Below, piece by piece: positions 23,518 through 34,885 of a stretch of 64,000 bases of DNA. Source of the stretch: an uncultured Acidobacteriota bacterium (lineage in GTDB: Bacteria > Acidobacteriota > Thermoanaerobaculia > Multivoradales > SZUA-115); contig CAWDVR010000006.1 of assembly GCA_963805975.1 (NCBI GenBank), forward strand, positions 32,001 to 96,000, written 5' to 3'. The position numbers and the translations under genes are program-made. Each line of letters begins with the position of its first letter. Position 1 is the stretch's first letter. A model generated the notes under the pieces. It was not told the DNA's origin. It ran no database searches and saw nothing but the letters and a program-made list of their open reading frames with translations.

Positions 23518-26500
23518 TCAGAGGCCGCGGAAAAGTTCAAAAGGCACCCACGCGAACGGATCGCTCGACACGGACTCGGACAGCAAGGCGAGCTGCGCGA
23601 GGCGTAGCGCCTGAGCCTGCGACTCGCCTTCGAGGAGTCGGGCGTGGAACACCGCTGCGAGTCGGGCTGCCGCCTCGTCGTTGACTGCCCAGAGCGTGGC
23701 GACGACCGAGGGCACTCCGGCTGCGAGGAAGGCACGGGCCAGGCCGGCCACCCCCTCCCGGTCGCCGTCGGCAAAGCCCGGCGCCGTGTCGCACGCGGAC
23801 AAGAACACCAGCTCGACGCCGGCGAGGCGCTTCGCATCGAGGTCCGAGGCCCGTAGCGGCGCGCGGCCCACGTCGGCCGTCGCCACCTCCGAGCCCAGCG
23901 GGTTCCGGGGATCGATTACCACGTGCGCTGCGAGGTGCAACACCTCGCTTCCCGGCAGCTCGTCGAGGATCTCTCTGCCGCGTGGCCTGCTCGCCCACCA
24001 GCAGGCGGGGAGCTTCGTAGAGCGCGGCCACCGCCTGCGCCTCCGCTGCGGCCCATCCCAGGAGCGGCAGGGCTGGGAACCGCGCGCGATCGAACGCCGG
24101 GTCTCCCACCGCCAGGACCCGGCGCAGCTTCCCGGTGGCCGGCGTGCGCCGCGCCAGCGACGCCAGGTAGAGATCCAGGCTCGGTGCCACCTGGCAGGCA
24201 TGATCTTCGATCAGAAAGCGGCCGCGCACCGCGTCGAACAGCGCCGGGAACGGCACCTGGTGCAGCTCGCGGTCGGGCACGAAGACCAGCTCGGTGTCAG
24301 GCGGCAGGCCCTGGAGCACAGGGCGGAGCAGCAGGTCGAAGGCCCTGGCCGCGGCGGCCTCGCCGGCGTCCCGTGAGCGGGCGCGAGCCAGTACGGCGCG
24401 GAGCGAGCCCACCGTTTCGGCCACCTGCTCCCGCGAGACGGGCAGCACGTGCATGCGGAGCTCGCCCTGGCGAAGCCGCCAGACGAGCAGGGTCTCGGGC
24501 AGCACCGTGTAGGTGAGGACGGCGACGTTCGCGGGGATCTGTCGCAGCCGCTCGTCCACGGAGAGAGGCGCGGTGTCGGCCTCGTCGTGAACGCGCTCGC
24601 GCAGCTCCCGCGCGCGAACCCGCTCCGCATAGGCGAAGGCTGCCTTGGCGTCGCCGCGCTCGAGGGCCTGGAAGCGGATCATGGCGTCGAAGCCCCGCTG
24701 GACAGTCGAGAAGAAGCTGATCCGGTGCTTCTCGCTGACGGTGCCGGCGCGCCGGTCCTCGTAGACCTGAAGGCCTCGGCCGAACGCCTTCTCGGCCGCC
24801 TCGAGATCGCCGGTGGCAAGCTGCGCCCGCGCGAGATCGAGCAGCGCGCGCGGGAGGAGCAGGGCATCGCCGCTCGCCTCCAGGCGAGCCACCGCGGCCT
24901 GGGCCAGCTCCAGGGCTGTCTCCGGGTTCGTGGCGAGGCGGTGCTCCGCGGAGGCGATGGTCAGCTCGGTCTCGACGCGTGCCCGCGCGGCCGGCTGCTG
25001 GTACTGATCGAGCGCCTTGCGGCAGGCGGCGATGTCTGCCGCCGCCTGCTCGTTCTCGCCCAGCAGGAGATCGAGGTCGATGCGGCGAATCAGCGTCTCG
25101 GCCTCGGCGCCAGGCTGGGACGCGGCGCGGGCGTTGGCCAGCATCTCGTCGAGGACCGCCCGCGCAGCTTCCTGGCGGCCACTGCCGATCAGGCCGAGAG
25201 CGAGGCTGGCCAGGACACCATGGCGGACCTGCCAGTTACCGGCCGTGACGGCGCCGCGTAGCGTAGCCACTCGATATCGCCACACACCTTCGCGGTCACC
25301 GACGACGCCATACGCCTCGTGGAGCATCCCGGAGAACCTTGTGACGTCGCTGTCACCGGCCTCCGCCAGGAGATCGACGGCCCGCCCATAGTGCGCCAGG
25401 GCCTGCGAATGCCTTCCGTCGGCTATTGAACACAGACCGAGCATGCCCTCGGTCCGAGCGAGCAGCGTTGGGTAGCCTCGCCCCTCGATCTGGGTCACCA
25501 GTGTGGCGAATTGCCCTTCTGCCTCCGCTGGGTGGCGGCGGTAGAGACAAACGAGCTGGCCGAACCGGGCTGCCAGCGCCAGCGGGCTACCGCCTGCGGA
25601 GAGCTGCCGCACTGCCCGCTCGAACGTTGGCTCCGCCTCGGAACAGTTCCCGCGGGTCGCCAGGCCCAGCGCATAGGCTCGGTGGCCCGCCGCCAGGGTC
25701 CGGGAGGCAGCCGGTCGCTGCTCGATCGCGGTGACGGCATCGCTGTACAGCCGCTCGCCGGTGCCGGCCACGGCCTCGGCCACCCGCTTCGCGATTGCGA
25801 GCCGGGCCGCGTCCGCAGGCGTTCCGGCGGCCTCGGCCCAGGCGGGCAGGAGCTCGCTTTCGAGCAGCTCCTTGCTCTGCCGCCGGTACTGGCCCACGAG
25901 GCGTGCCACGGCCGCCTGGTCCCCGGCCGCCGCGGCCGCGAGCAGGGGGCCTTTCTCCGTGATCCAGCGGTCGGCAGTCGTGGGCTCGCGCAACCGGACG
26001 AGGCGCTCGGAAGCCTCCTGGCGCCAGGCACTGTCCGTCTCCAAGTCGAGGTAGCGCTCCCACGCGAGGTTTGATTCGTGTGCCAGAGACATGCGCTCGA
26101 GCGCCAGGGCGAGGTTGAACGCGGCCCGAGGCTCTTCGGGTGCCAGCTCCACGGCACGGGTGGCGGCCACGACAGCATCGACCTGGAGCCAGGGATGGTC
26201 GTCTTGGGCGAGGGTGAGGTAGGCGGCGGCGAGATCGCTCAGGAGGGTCGCGGAAGGTCTCCGCTCCGCCGCCGCCTCGAGCGCCGACACGGCCCGGGCC
26301 GCTGCTCTGCGATGGAGCGCGAGGAGCCCGATGCGATGCTGCTCTTCGGGGTCGTCCTCGCCCGGCAAGGGCCTGGAGCCGCGGAGGACTGGCTGAGCCT
26401 CACTGTCAGACAAGGCGTCCAGCGCTGGTTGTTCAGTGAGAGGTGGCGAGGACCACCGAGCGTAGCGGGTTGTCGACGACAGCCGAGCCTCCACCGGTCT

Positions 26501-26635
26501 CGGGTCGGCTTCGGCCGCCTCCCTCAGGCGCCGCGCGGTCCGGTCTTCGGGCTTGTCGCAACCGCTCAGGAGGAGGACCACCAGACCCCAGGCTCTGGGG
26601 TGGTGCAGAGAAAACCTGACCGAGCGGCTCGTCAT
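23518..26635 (-). CDS. TPR + CHAT (caspase-like) protease with a predicted lipoprotein signal; one-base frameshift near 23972
   Basis: LLLSGC lipobox, TPR (AAFNLALALE), CHAT LVFVPD..LH.VPF.AL; the second frame continues with HLAAH, LVFLSACDT, VVATLWAV and a W..F end. Confidence 0.9.
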
Positions 26636-26836
26636 CTATTTGGGAACGCTTGGCCCTGACATTAAAGGATAGAGACGGACACCTCCACGCGTTTTTCGCT
26701 TCCGGAGTGTCAAACGGAGCGAGCCAGGCGACCTCGAGGCCAGCGATATACTGGCGCCACCCCTTGCCATACCCGCGGCTTGCTGTGACACTTCCCGCGG
26801 CCGAGCAGGCTCCAGAGCACCAGGCCTTCTGACTCC

Positions 26837-27469
26837 ATGAGACTCTTCGTCGCCCTAGAGATCCCCGACGGCGTCCGCCGCGAGGTGGAGGCCCTGATGC
26901 GCGGGGTCGAGCGGGATCTTCCCAAGGCGCGCTGGGTGCGGCCGGAGAAGCTGCATCTGACCCTTTCCTTCCTGGGCGAGGTGGAGAAGGGGCGGCTTTC
27001 CGCCCTGTTGCCCGCCCTGGCGGCCGTGTTCGGCGCCGGCTCCCCCTTCACCCTGGTCGCCGCGGGTGGGGGAGGCTTCCCTCCGCGCCGGCCGGCACGG
27101 GTCGCCTGGGTGGGGCTCCACGGCCACGGCTCCGAAGACGACGCCAAGCTCGCCCTGCTCCAGGCCGAGGTCGCGGCCTCGGCGGCCTTCGCCGCCGGTA
27201 TCGAGCCCGAGCGCCGGGCCTTCCACGCCCACCTGACACTGGCCCGGCCGGAGGTGCCCTGGCCGGCGGCGGCCGTCGAGCGTTTCGCCCGTGCCGCCGA
27301 CCGCCGTTTCGGCGGGCCGTTCCCGGTGGGGGAGGGGGTGCTGATGGAGAGCGAGCTGGGCGCCGGCGGGGCGAGGTACCGGCCTGTCGAACGCTTTGCG
27401 ATCGGCGGCGGGCGCCGCGCACCGGCCGCGCGGGCTGAGCGCGGCCGCGAGGAGGAGACCTCTCCTTGA
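26837..27469 (+). CDS. thpR: RNA 2',3'-cyclic phosphodiesterase
   Basis: MRLFVAL start and two HxT motifs (LHLTL, AHLTL). Confidence 0.95.
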   Translation: MRLFVALEIPDGVRREVEALMRGVERDLPKARWVRPEKLHLTLSFLGEVEKGRLSALLPALAAVFGAGSPFTLVAAGGGGFPPRRPARVAWVGLHGHGSEDDAKLALLQAEVAASAAFAAGIEPERRAFHAHLTLARPEVPWPAAAVERFARAADRRFGGPFPVGEGVLMESELGAGGARYRPVERFAIGGGRRAPAARAERGREEETSP

Positions 27470-28479
27470 AGCGCATCGCCGTGCTGGGGGCCGGCTCCTG
27501 GGGCACGGCCCTGGGCGTACACCTCGCCAATGCCGGTCACTCGGTGGCGCTCTGGGCGCGGCGGCCGGAGTTCGCCCGCCGGCTCGATCAGGAGAAGGTG
27601 AACGAGGACTACCTGCCGGGCGTGCCGCTCCCCGAGCATCTGCACCCCTGCGCCGACCTGCTGGCCACGGTGCCCAACGACCTGGTGCTGATGGTGGTGC
27701 CTTCCTACGGCTTCCGCGAGGTGCTGCGCCAGTACCTGGCCGGCCATCCTCCGGACCGGCCGGCCATCGTGGTCTCCGCCACCAAGGGCATCGAGCCCGA
27801 GACGCTCGCCCGCATGAGCCGGGTGGCGGCGGAGGAGGGGGAGGCGGCGGGCGTGCCGCTCTCGTTCGCCGTGCTCTCCGGCCCGAGCTTCGCGGCCGAG
27901 CTGGCGGTCAACGCGCCCACCGCCGCGGTGGTGGCCTCGACCGACGCCGCGCTGGCCGAGGAGCTGCGGGAGACCCTCTCGACGCGCTGGTTCCGGCTCT
28001 ACTCGTCGGCCGACGTGCCGGGTGTGGAACTGGGCGGAACGGCCAAGAACGTGATCGCCATCGCCGCCGGGGTGGTCGCGGGCCTGGGGCTCGGCCACAA
28101 CACGCAGGCGGTGCTCATCACCCGCGGCCTGCACGAGATCACCCGCCTGGGGCTCGCCTTCGGCGGCCAGGTGCGCACCTTCGCCGGCCTCTCCGGCCTG
28201 GGGGACCTGGTGCTCACCTGCAACGGCTCGCTCTCCCGCAACCGGCAGATCGGCATCGAGCTCGCCCGCGGCCGGCAGCTCTCCGAGATCCTGGGCTCGA
28301 CCCAGCGCGTGGCCGAGGGCGTGCGCAACTCGGCGGCGGTCGCCGCCCTCGCGCGCCAGCGCGGTGTCGAGATGCCGATCACCGAGCAGATGGTGAAGGT
28401 GCTCCACGAGGGCCAGTCGCCGCGCCGCGCGGTGGAGGAGCTGATGACGCGGGACTTGAAGGCGGAGTCGGAGCTTTAA
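27466..28479 (+). CDS. gpsA: NAD(P)H-dependent glycerol-3-phosphate dehydrogenase
   Basis: [23 protein letters not shown] and GLGDLVLTC...SRN motifs. Confidence 0.97.
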   Translation: MKRIAVLGAGSWGTALGVHLANAGHSVALWARRPEFARRLDQEKVNEDYLPGVPLPEHLHPCADLLATVPNDLVLMVVPSYGFREVLRQYLAGHPPDRPAIVVSATKGIEPETLARMSRVAAEEGEAAGVPLSFAVLSGPSFAAELAVNAPTAAVVASTDAALAEELRETLSTRWFRLYSSADVPGVELGGTAKNVIAIAAGVVAGLGLGHNTQAVLITRGLHEITRLGLAFGGQVRTFAGLSGLGDLVLTCNGSLSRNRQIGIELARGRQLSEILGSTQRVAEGVRNSAAVAALARQRGVEMPITEQMVKVLHEGQSPRRAVEELMTRDLKAESEL

Positions 28480-28484
28480 CCGCG

Positions 28485-30053
28485 ATGGAGCATCACCAGC
28501 TCGTCCTCATCCTCGACTACGGCAGCCAGTTCACCCAGCTCATCGCCCGGAGGGTGCGCGAGAACCGCGTCTACTGCGAGGTGCACCCCTTCAACCTGGG
28601 GATCGACGAGATCCGCCGCCGCGAGCCCCTCGGCATCATCCTCTCGGGCGGCCCGCAGAGCGTGTACGAGCCCGGTGCGCCGGGCGCCGAGCGGGCGCTC
28701 TTCGAGCTCGGCGTGCCGGTGCTCGGCATCTGCTACGGCATGCAGCTCCTGGCGCACGTGCTGGGCGGTAAGGTGGCGCCGGGCCAGGCGCGCGAGTACG
28801 GCCGCGCCGAGGTCGAGGTGGCGGCGAGCTGCCCGCTCTTCGCCGGTCTGGGCGCCCAGGAGACGGTGTGGATGAGCCACGGCGACCGCGTCGAGGTTCT
28901 GCCGCCCGGCTTCGAGACCACGGTGGCGAGCGGCAGCGTGCCGATCGCCGGCTGTGAGGACCGCGAGCGCCGCATCTGGGGCATCCAGTTCCACCCCGAG
29001 GTGTCGCACACCGTCTCCGGCGCCCAGGTGTTGCACAACTTCCTCTTCGGCATCTGCGGCGCCCGCGGCGACTGGCGCATGGCCTCTTATCTCGAGGAGG
29101 CGATTGCGACCGTGCGCCGGCAGGTGGGAGAGGGCCGGGTGATCTGTGCGCTGTCCGGCGGGGTGGACTCCTCGGTGGTGGCGGCCCTCCTGGAGCGGGC
29201 GGTGGGCGAGCAGGCCACGGCGATCTTCGTCGACACCGGCCTGCTGCGGAAGGGCGAGGGACAGCAGGTGATGGCGAGCCTCGCCGAAGGGCTGGGGATC
29301 GACGTGCGGCGGGTCGACGCCGGGGAGCGCTTCCTCGGCGCGCTCGCCGGCCTCACCGACCCGGAGGGGAAGCGCAAGGTCATCGGCCGCCTGTTCATCG
29401 AAGTGTTCGAGGAGGAGGCGCGCGGGCTGGTCGCGGCCGGCGCCGGGACGAATGCCACGGCCCCTCGATTTTTAGCACAGGGCACGCTCTACCCGGACGT
29501 CATCGAATCGGTGTCGGTGAAGGGTCCGTCGGCGGTGATCAAGACCCATCACAACGTGGGTGGGCTGCCGGAGAAGCTGGGCTTCGAGCTGGTCGAACCG
29601 CTGCGCTTCCTGTTCAAGGACGAGGTGCGCCAGCTCGGCCGTGAGCTGGGCCTGCCCGAGGCGTTGATCAGCCGCCATCCGTTCCCGGGGCCGGGGCTCG
29701 CGGTGCGGGTGCTTGGCGAGGTGACGGCCGAGCGGGTGCGGCTGCTGCAGGAAGCGGACGCGATCTTCCTCCACGAGCTCCGCGAGAGCGGCTGGTACGA
29801 GCGCACCAGCCAGGCTTTCGCGGTGCTGCTGCCGGTCCAGAGCGTGGGAGTGATGGGCGACTACCGCACCTACGAGAACGCGGTCGCCCTGCGCTCGGTG
29901 GACACCCACGATTTCATGACCGCGGACTGGAGCCCGCTGCCCTACGACCTCCTGGGCCGCGTCGCCAACCGCATCGTCAACGAGGTGCGCGGCATCAACC
30001 GCGTGGTCTACGACGTGACCAGCAAGCCCCCGGCGACGATCGAGTGGGAGTAG
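28485..30053 (+). CDS. guaA: GMP synthase (glutamine-hydrolysing)
   Basis: [37 protein letters not shown] and KPPATIEWE motifs. Confidence 0.98.
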   Translation: MEHHQLVLILDYGSQFTQLIARRVRENRVYCEVHPFNLGIDEIRRREPLGIILSGGPQSVYEPGAPGAERALFELGVPVLGICYGMQLLAHVLGGKVAPGQAREYGRAEVEVAASCPLFAGLGAQETVWMSHGDRVEVLPPGFETTVASGSVPIAGCEDRERRIWGIQFHPEVSHTVSGAQVLHNFLFGICGARGDWRMASYLEEAIATVRRQVGEGRVICALSGGVDSSVVAALLERAVGEQATAIFVDTGLLRKGEGQQVMASLAEGLGIDVRRVDAGERFLGALAGLTDPEGKRKVIGRLFIEVFEEEARGLVAAGAGTNATAPRFLAQGTLYPDVIESVSVKGPSAVIKTHHNVGGLPEKLGFELVEPLRFLFKDEVRQLGRELGLPEALISRHPFPGPGLAVRVLGEVTAERVRLLQEADAIFLHELRESGWYERTSQAFAVLLPVQSVGVMGDYRTYENAVALRSVDTHDFMTADWSPLPYDLLGRVANRIVNEVRGINRVVYDVTSKPPATIEWE

Positions 30054-30060
30054 GGGAGAG

Positions 30061-30182
30061 CCCCTCACCCCAGCCCTCTCCCCGCTGACGCGGGGCGAGG
30101 GAGCCGGACGGGGGGTCGACTCCGAGCTCCGCGGTGGGAGGTGGCGCCCTCTCCCGCTCGCGGGAGAGGGACGGGGTGAGGG
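30061..30182. repeat. Inverted pair of REP-like palindromes (CCCTCACCCC.GCCCTCTCCC...GGGAGAGGG type)
   Basis: Arms at 30061-30103 and 30147-30182 between convergent genes; near-identical copy at 52434-52608. Confidence 0.85.
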
Positions 30183-31247
30183 CTATCCTCCGTGCACCGC
30201 CGGTGCGCCGTTCAACTTCACCGGCGTGAGCTTCTCCGGGTTCTTCTTGAGCGCCTTGGCGAGGCGGGCGGCGAGCTGGCGCTGGAGGGCCGGGCGCTCG
30301 GCCTCGGGTGTCTTGGCGGCGCTCACCCAGCCGCCGGCCGTCATGCCGTGGCCGCCGCCCTTGCCGCGGCGGCCCACCAGCTTGCGCATCACCTGCCCGG
30401 CGTCGGCGCGCGGGTTGGTGGTGCGGATCGAGAGATAGACGCGCTCGCCGTAGAGGCCCGTGGCGAGCGACCAGGTCTTGCCCTCCAGGCGCAGCAGCAG
30501 GTCGGCGATCTCGGGCACGATGTCCGGCTGCTCGACGACTCCCAGGTGGCTCACCACCAGGGAGCCCACGACCTCCAGGTTCTCGAGCGCCTGGTGGAGG
30601 TTCTTGAAGTAGGCGAGCGGCTGGGTGGCGTTCTGGATGCGGGACAGCAGGCGTTTGCTCGCCCGGGGGAACACGGCGTCGTAGACCTGCTTGTCCGGCC
30701 CGACGAACTCGCGGCCGAAGTCCCGCGTCTCGGAACGGATGGCGTACACCAGCCCGGTCGCCTGGGCGTGGGTCATCTCGACGCCCGCCGCCTCCAGGTA
30801 CTCGGCGACGATGGTCGCCGTGGCGCCGTACTCCGGCCGCACGTCGTAGAGCGCCGCCGCCTGCGTGGCCTTGCGCAGCGGGTGGTGATCGATCACCAGG
30901 TCCGGCACCACGCCGGCCGGGAGCTGGTTGTTGCCGGTGCCGGGCTGCGCGTCCACCAGGGCGAAATGGCGGAAGCGCGAGGTGTCGAGCGGGCGGATGT
31001 GCACCAGCTCGAGGCGCAGGCTCTTGAACATTTCCTGGTTCTCGGCTCTGCCGATCAGCCCGCCGTAGGCCGCCGTCACCTCGCGGTGAAAGCTGCGCGC
31101 CAGGAGCCGGGCGAGGAGCGCGGCGGAGACCAGGGCGTCCGGGTCCGGGTTGTCGTGGGTGACGACCAGCCAGGGCCCGGCGCCGGCGCGCGAGGCCACT
31201 CGTTCGGCGAACGCCTGGTAGCGCTGGCGCGTCAGCTCGGTGATCAT
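30183..31247 (-). CDS. DHH family phosphoesterase (NrnA-like)
   Basis: HDNPDPD, IDHHP and GGGH motifs. Confidence 0.92.
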   Translation of the reverse strand: MITELTRQRYQAFAERVASRAGAGPWLVVTHDNPDPDALVSAALLARLLARSFHREVTAAYGGLIGRAENQEMFKSLRLELVHIRPLDTSRFRHFALVDAQPGTGNNQLPAGVVPDLVIDHHPLRKATQAAALYDVRPEYGATATIVAEYLEAAGVEMTHAQATGLVYAIRSETRDFGREFVGPDKQVYDAVFPRASKRLLSRIQNATQPLAYFKNLHQALENLEVVGSLVVSHLGVVEQPDIVPEIADLLLRLEGKTWSLATGLYGERVYLSIRTTNPRADAGQVMRKLVGRRGKGGGHGMTAGGWVSAAKTPEAERPALQRQLAARLAKALKKNPEKLTPVKLNGAPAVHGG

Positions 31248-31375
31248 GGAGGGGCGGATTCTATGCGCACCGGGAGAAGCCGGCGGCCGGAGAGGCGGGG
31301 AGCGCGGTGTAGGATGCCGGCAATCTCCGACCCGCCCGAATGCCGTGCGGCCTGGCTCGCCGCCGAGGAGCAGGT

Positions 31376-32047
31376 ATGTTCATCGGTCATTTCGCCCTCG
31401 GCCTCGGCGCGAAGAAAGCGGCACCCACGGTGTCGCTCGGCACGCTCTTTCTCGCCGCTCAGCTCGCCGATCTGCTCTGGCCGACCTTCGTCCTCCTCGG
31501 CCTGGAGGCAGTGGCGGTCGAGCCGGGAGCGACGGCGTTCACCCCGCTCGACTTCGTCCGCTACCCCTACTCCCACAGCCTGCTGGCGCTCACCGGCTGG
31601 GCGGTCGTCCTGGGGGCTGGCTATCGGCTGCTGCGGCGGAGCACGACCTCGAGCGCGATCGTGCTGGGTCTTCTCGTCCTCAGCCACTGGGTGCTGGATT
31701 TCGTGACCCACCGCCCCGACCTGCCGCTGACGGCCCAGGGCTCGGAACGCCTGGGCCTGGGGCTCTGGAACTCGATCCCCGGCACGTTGATCGTGGAGCT
31801 CCTGCTGTTCACCGTCGGCGTGGCGCTCTACACCCGTTCGACCTCGGCCCGCGACCGCACCGGCACGATCGCTTTCCGGGCGCTGGTGGCTTTCCTGCTC
31901 GTCGTCTACCTGGCGACCGCCTTCGGCCCGCCGCCTCCCAGCAGCGCCGCAGTCGCCTGGACAACGCAGGCGATGTGGCTGATCGTCGCCTGGGGCTACT
32001 GGGTGGACCGCCATCGGCAGGCACGCGACTCTGGCGCGCCGCGCTAG
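31376..32047 (+). CDS. Inner-membrane protein, metal-dependent hydrolase-like family
   Basis: MFIGHF, D.LWP, YSHSL and SHWVLD..HRPDLP motifs; multiple TM segments. Confidence 0.8.
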   Translation: MFIGHFALGLGAKKAAPTVSLGTLFLAAQLADLLWPTFVLLGLEAVAVEPGATAFTPLDFVRYPYSHSLLALTGWAVVLGAGYRLLRRSTTSSAIVLGLLVLSHWVLDFVTHRPDLPLTAQGSERLGLGLWNSIPGTLIVELLLFTVGVALYTRSTSARDRTGTIAFRALVAFLLVVYLATAFGPPPPSSAAVAWTTQAMWLIVAWGYWVDRHRQARDSGAPR

Positions 32048-32145
32048 CCTGCCGCGAGACCCGCAGGAAACCCGGCGCTCGCGGGTTCTAGGGGCAAAGG
32101 CGCTCGTGCCGGACGGCGGGCGCCGCCACTCAAAAGGAGAAGCGA

Positions 32146-32583
32146 ATGCGCCGTAGATTCCCCGTTCTCGCCACCGCTGCCGTTCTCGCCGCGCTCCTGG
32201 CCGTTCCCCTGGCCGCCGAAGCCAACCATCCCCGCCGCCCGCGCTGCAACAACCTGCGCGCCATCGCCCGCGTGGTGCAGCTCTCGCCGGCTCAGGTGCA
32301 GCAGGCGCAGGCTCTCTTCGGCGAGCTGCGACAGACGATCGAGCCCCTGCGCCAGCAGATCCCGCCGCTGCGCGAAGCGCTCGAGGATCTACTCGAGGCC
32401 GAGACGCCCGAGGCCGCCGCCGTGGGGGAGGCGGTGATCGACATCGACGCGCTCCGCGACCAGATCCAGGACGCGCGGAGGTCTGCCGTGGACGAGTTCG
32501 AAGGCCTGCTCACCACCGGCCAGCTCGAGCGCTGGGAGGAGTTCCAGGAGCACTGCCGCGAGGGCTACCAGCACGGCGACTAG
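32146..32583 (+). CDS. Periplasmic Spy/CpxP-like helical protein
   Basis: Signal peptide, LS..Q and LT..Q motifs, AGGAG RBS. Confidence 0.7.
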   Translation: MRRRFPVLATAAVLAALLAVPLAAEANHPRRPRCNNLRAIARVVQLSPAQVQQAQALFGELRQTIEPLRQQIPPLREALEDLLEAETPEAAAVGEAVIDIDALRDQIQDARRSAVDEFEGLLTTGQLERWEEFQEHCREGYQHGD

Positions 32584-32708
32584 GAAACCTGCTGCGCGGT
32601 CCACCTGCTGCGTCGCGGGCCTCCCCGGCAACCTTTACGTACTGCCATGTACGCTGCGGTCGCCGGGTCCTCCCGCTCCTTGCATCTGGACCGCTCGCGA
32701 CGGTTTCC
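32583..32708. repeat. About 126-bp imperfect long hairpin (MITE/REP-like)
   Basis: Nested inverted segments GGAAACC/GGTTTCC, GCGGTCCA/TGGACCGC, CCCGGCAACC/GGTCGCCGGG and CGTAC/GTACG. Confidence 0.75.
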
Positions 32709-32714
32709 CCCAAG

Positions 32715-34115
32715 CTACGGAAAGATCTTCCCCGGGTTGAGGATGCCCGCCGGGTCGAAGGCGGCCTTGAGGCGGCGCATCAGGGCGATGGAGCCGGGGT
32801 CGAGGGCGAGCGGCAGGTGGCGGCGCTGCACCGAGCCCACACCATGCTCGCCCGTGATCGTCCCTCCCAGCTCCACCACGGCCCGGAACAGCTCTTCCTC
32901 GGCGGCGTCGCGCCGCTCCTGCCAGAGGGAGGGGTCGAGATCGCCGCGCAGCAGGTTGACGTGCAGGTTGCCGTCGCCCGCGTGGCCGTAGCAGAGGGCC
33001 GTGAGCCCTTGCCGGGCGGCGGCCCGGCGCGCCGCGCGTACCAGCTCCGCCAGCTTCGAGCGCGGCACCACGGTGTCCGCTTCCTTGTAGACCGAGCGGT
33101 GCTTGACCGCCTCTCCCATCCGCCGGCGCACGGCCCACAGGCGGCGCTGCTCGGCGGCGTCGGCCGCCACCAGGGCCTCGCCCGCGCCCAGGCTCTCGGC
33201 CAGCGCCGCGATCCCGGCGGCGCGTTCGAGGAGCTCCTCGTCCCGCTCGCCGTGCAGCTCCAGGAGCAGCAATGCCTCGCGATTGATGAGGGAGGCGGGC
33301 AGGGGCTCGAGGGCGGCCACCGCGGCCAGCGCCCCGGACTCGACCAGCTCGCAGCTCGCGGGATCGAAACCGCGCTCGAGGATCGCCGAGACCGCGGCGG
33401 CCGCGGCCTCGAGGTCGTCGAACGGCAGCAGGAGGGAAAGAGTGGCCCGCGGCTTGGCGCAGAGCCGCAGGAGGGCGGCGGTGATCACCGCCAGCGTCCC
33501 CTCGGAGCCCACCAGGAGCTGCGTCAGGTTGTAGCCGGTGGCGTTCTTCCGTGTACGGCCGCCGGTCTCGACGATGGTGCCGTCCGGCAGCACGGCCTCG
33601 AGGCCCAGCACCCAGGCGCGGGTGGTGCCGTACTTGAGCGAGCGCGGGCCGGCCGAGTCCTCGGCCAGGTTGCCGGCCAGCAGGCAGGAGTCGCGGCTGG
33701 CAGGGTCCGGTGGATAGAAGAGGCCCAGCTCCTCGACCGCGGTGTGGAGCACGCCGGTCACCACGCCGGCCTCGGCCTCGGCGACCAGGTCGGCGGGCTC
33801 GATCGAGCGGATGCGATCGAGGCGCTCGACCGAGAGCACGATGCCGCCGTGGACGGGGAGCGCTCCTCCCGAGAGCCCGGTACCGGCGCCGCGCGGGGTC
33901 ACCGGCACGCGCTCGGCGGTCGCGAAGCGCAGCACGGCCCCCACCTGCTCGGGGCTCTCCGGCAGCACCACCGCCTCGGGCCGGTGCGCGAGATCCTCGG
34001 TCTCGTCGCGGCCGTAGCGCTCGAGCGCCGCTTCGTCGGTCCGGACCGAGGCGTCCCCGGCCACCGCACGGAGGCGGGCCAATCGCGTTTCGTCGAGGCG
34101 TTGGAAGTCGGACAT
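32715..34115 (-). CDS. FAD-linked oxidase, GlcD/D-lactate dehydrogenase family
   Basis: PRGAGTGLSGG, YPPDPAS, GSEGTL, GHAGDGNLH, GEHGVG and LNPGK motifs. Confidence 0.93.
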   Translation of the reverse strand: MSDFQRLDETRLARLRAVAGDASVRTDEAALERYGRDETEDLAHRPEAVVLPESPEQVGAVLRFATAERVPVTPRGAGTGLSGGALPVHGGIVLSVERLDRIRSIEPADLVAEAEAGVVTGVLHTAVEELGLFYPPDPASRDSCLLAGNLAEDSAGPRSLKYGTTRAWVLGLEAVLPDGTIVETGGRTRKNATGYNLTQLLVGSEGTLAVITAALLRLCAKPRATLSLLLPFDDLEAAAAAVSAILERGFDPASCELVESGALAAVAALEPLPASLINREALLLLELHGERDEELLERAAGIAALAESLGAGEALVAADAAEQRRLWAVRRRMGEAVKHRSVYKEADTVVPRSKLAELVRAARRAAARQGLTALCYGHAGDGNLHVNLLRGDLDPSLWQERRDAAEEELFRAVVELGGTITGEHGVGSVQRRHLPLALDPGSIALMRRLKAAFDPAGILNPGKIFP

Positions 34116-34123
34116 GCGGGCCT

Positions 34124-34885
34124 CTACAGCTCCCCTCGCAGCCACCCCGTGCGCGCCACCCGGCCTTCGATACGCCGCACGCGCCGCTGGTAGACCTGGC
34201 TCTTGCTGCCCGGGTGCCACGCCGAGGGCTTCGGCAGGCCGGCCGCGAGCGAGGCGGCTTCAGAAGTGGTCAAGGCCGCGGCCGACTTGCCGAAATAGCG
34301 GCGGGCCGCCGCTTCCGCGCCGTACACCCCCGGGCCGAACTCCGCCACGTTGAGGTACAGCTCCAGGATGCGCCGCTTTTCGAGGTGCTTCTCGAGCTGC
34401 CGGGTGAGGAGCGCCTCTTTCACCTTGCGCCACGGGCTGCGCGACGGCGACAGCCACAGGTTCTTCGCGAGCTGCTGCGAGAGGGTCGAGGCCCCGCGCA
34501 CGGGCCTGCCGTCCTCGCGCGCCTCGTCGATCGCCCTCTTGACCTCCTCCCACGCAAAGCCGTCGTGCGAGAAGAAGTCGATGTCCTCCGCCACCAGCAC
34601 GGCGTGCTTGAGCTCGGTCGAGATCCGGCCATAGGGCACCTGCCGCCAGGCGACCGCGGCGGGCTTGCCGTCCTTGCCGGCGCGCTCGCGGTAGCGCTCG
34701 ATGAAGGCCGTGGTCTCGGGGTCCTCGGTGGCGAGGGCCGCCACCCGCGGCCAGGTGACGAGCTGCCAGAGCAGAGCGATCACTGCCACGACCCAGAGCC
34801 CGAGCACGATCCAGCGGAAGAGCCGGCGCTTGCGCCTGGGCTGGGCGAGCGGCTCGGCCTGGCGTGGAGCGGGCTCGTCGATCAC
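34124..34885 (-). CDS. mtgA: Monofunctional peptidoglycan transglycosylase
   Basis: AED..FF.H.GF, RGASTLSQQLAKNL, RKVKE and ILELYLN motifs. Confidence 0.93.
   Translation of the reverse strand: MIDEPAPRQAEPLAQPRRKRRLFRWIVLGLWVVAVIALLWQLVTWPRVAALATEDPETTAFIERYRERAGKDGKPAAVAWRQVPYGRISTELKHAVLVAEDIDFFSHDGFAWEEVKRAIDEAREDGRPVRGASTLSQQLAKNLWLSPSRSPWRKVKEALLTRQLEKHLEKRRILELYLNVAEFGPGVYGAEAAARRYFGKSAAALTTSEAASLAAGLPKPSAWHPGSKSQVYQRRVRRIEGRVARTGWLRGEL

Noticed and set aside
19002-26836. tRNA-anchored genomic island including the CHAT module
   Set aside because: No integrase and no duplicated tRNA 3' end were seen, and housekeeping genes lie between the tRNA and the module.
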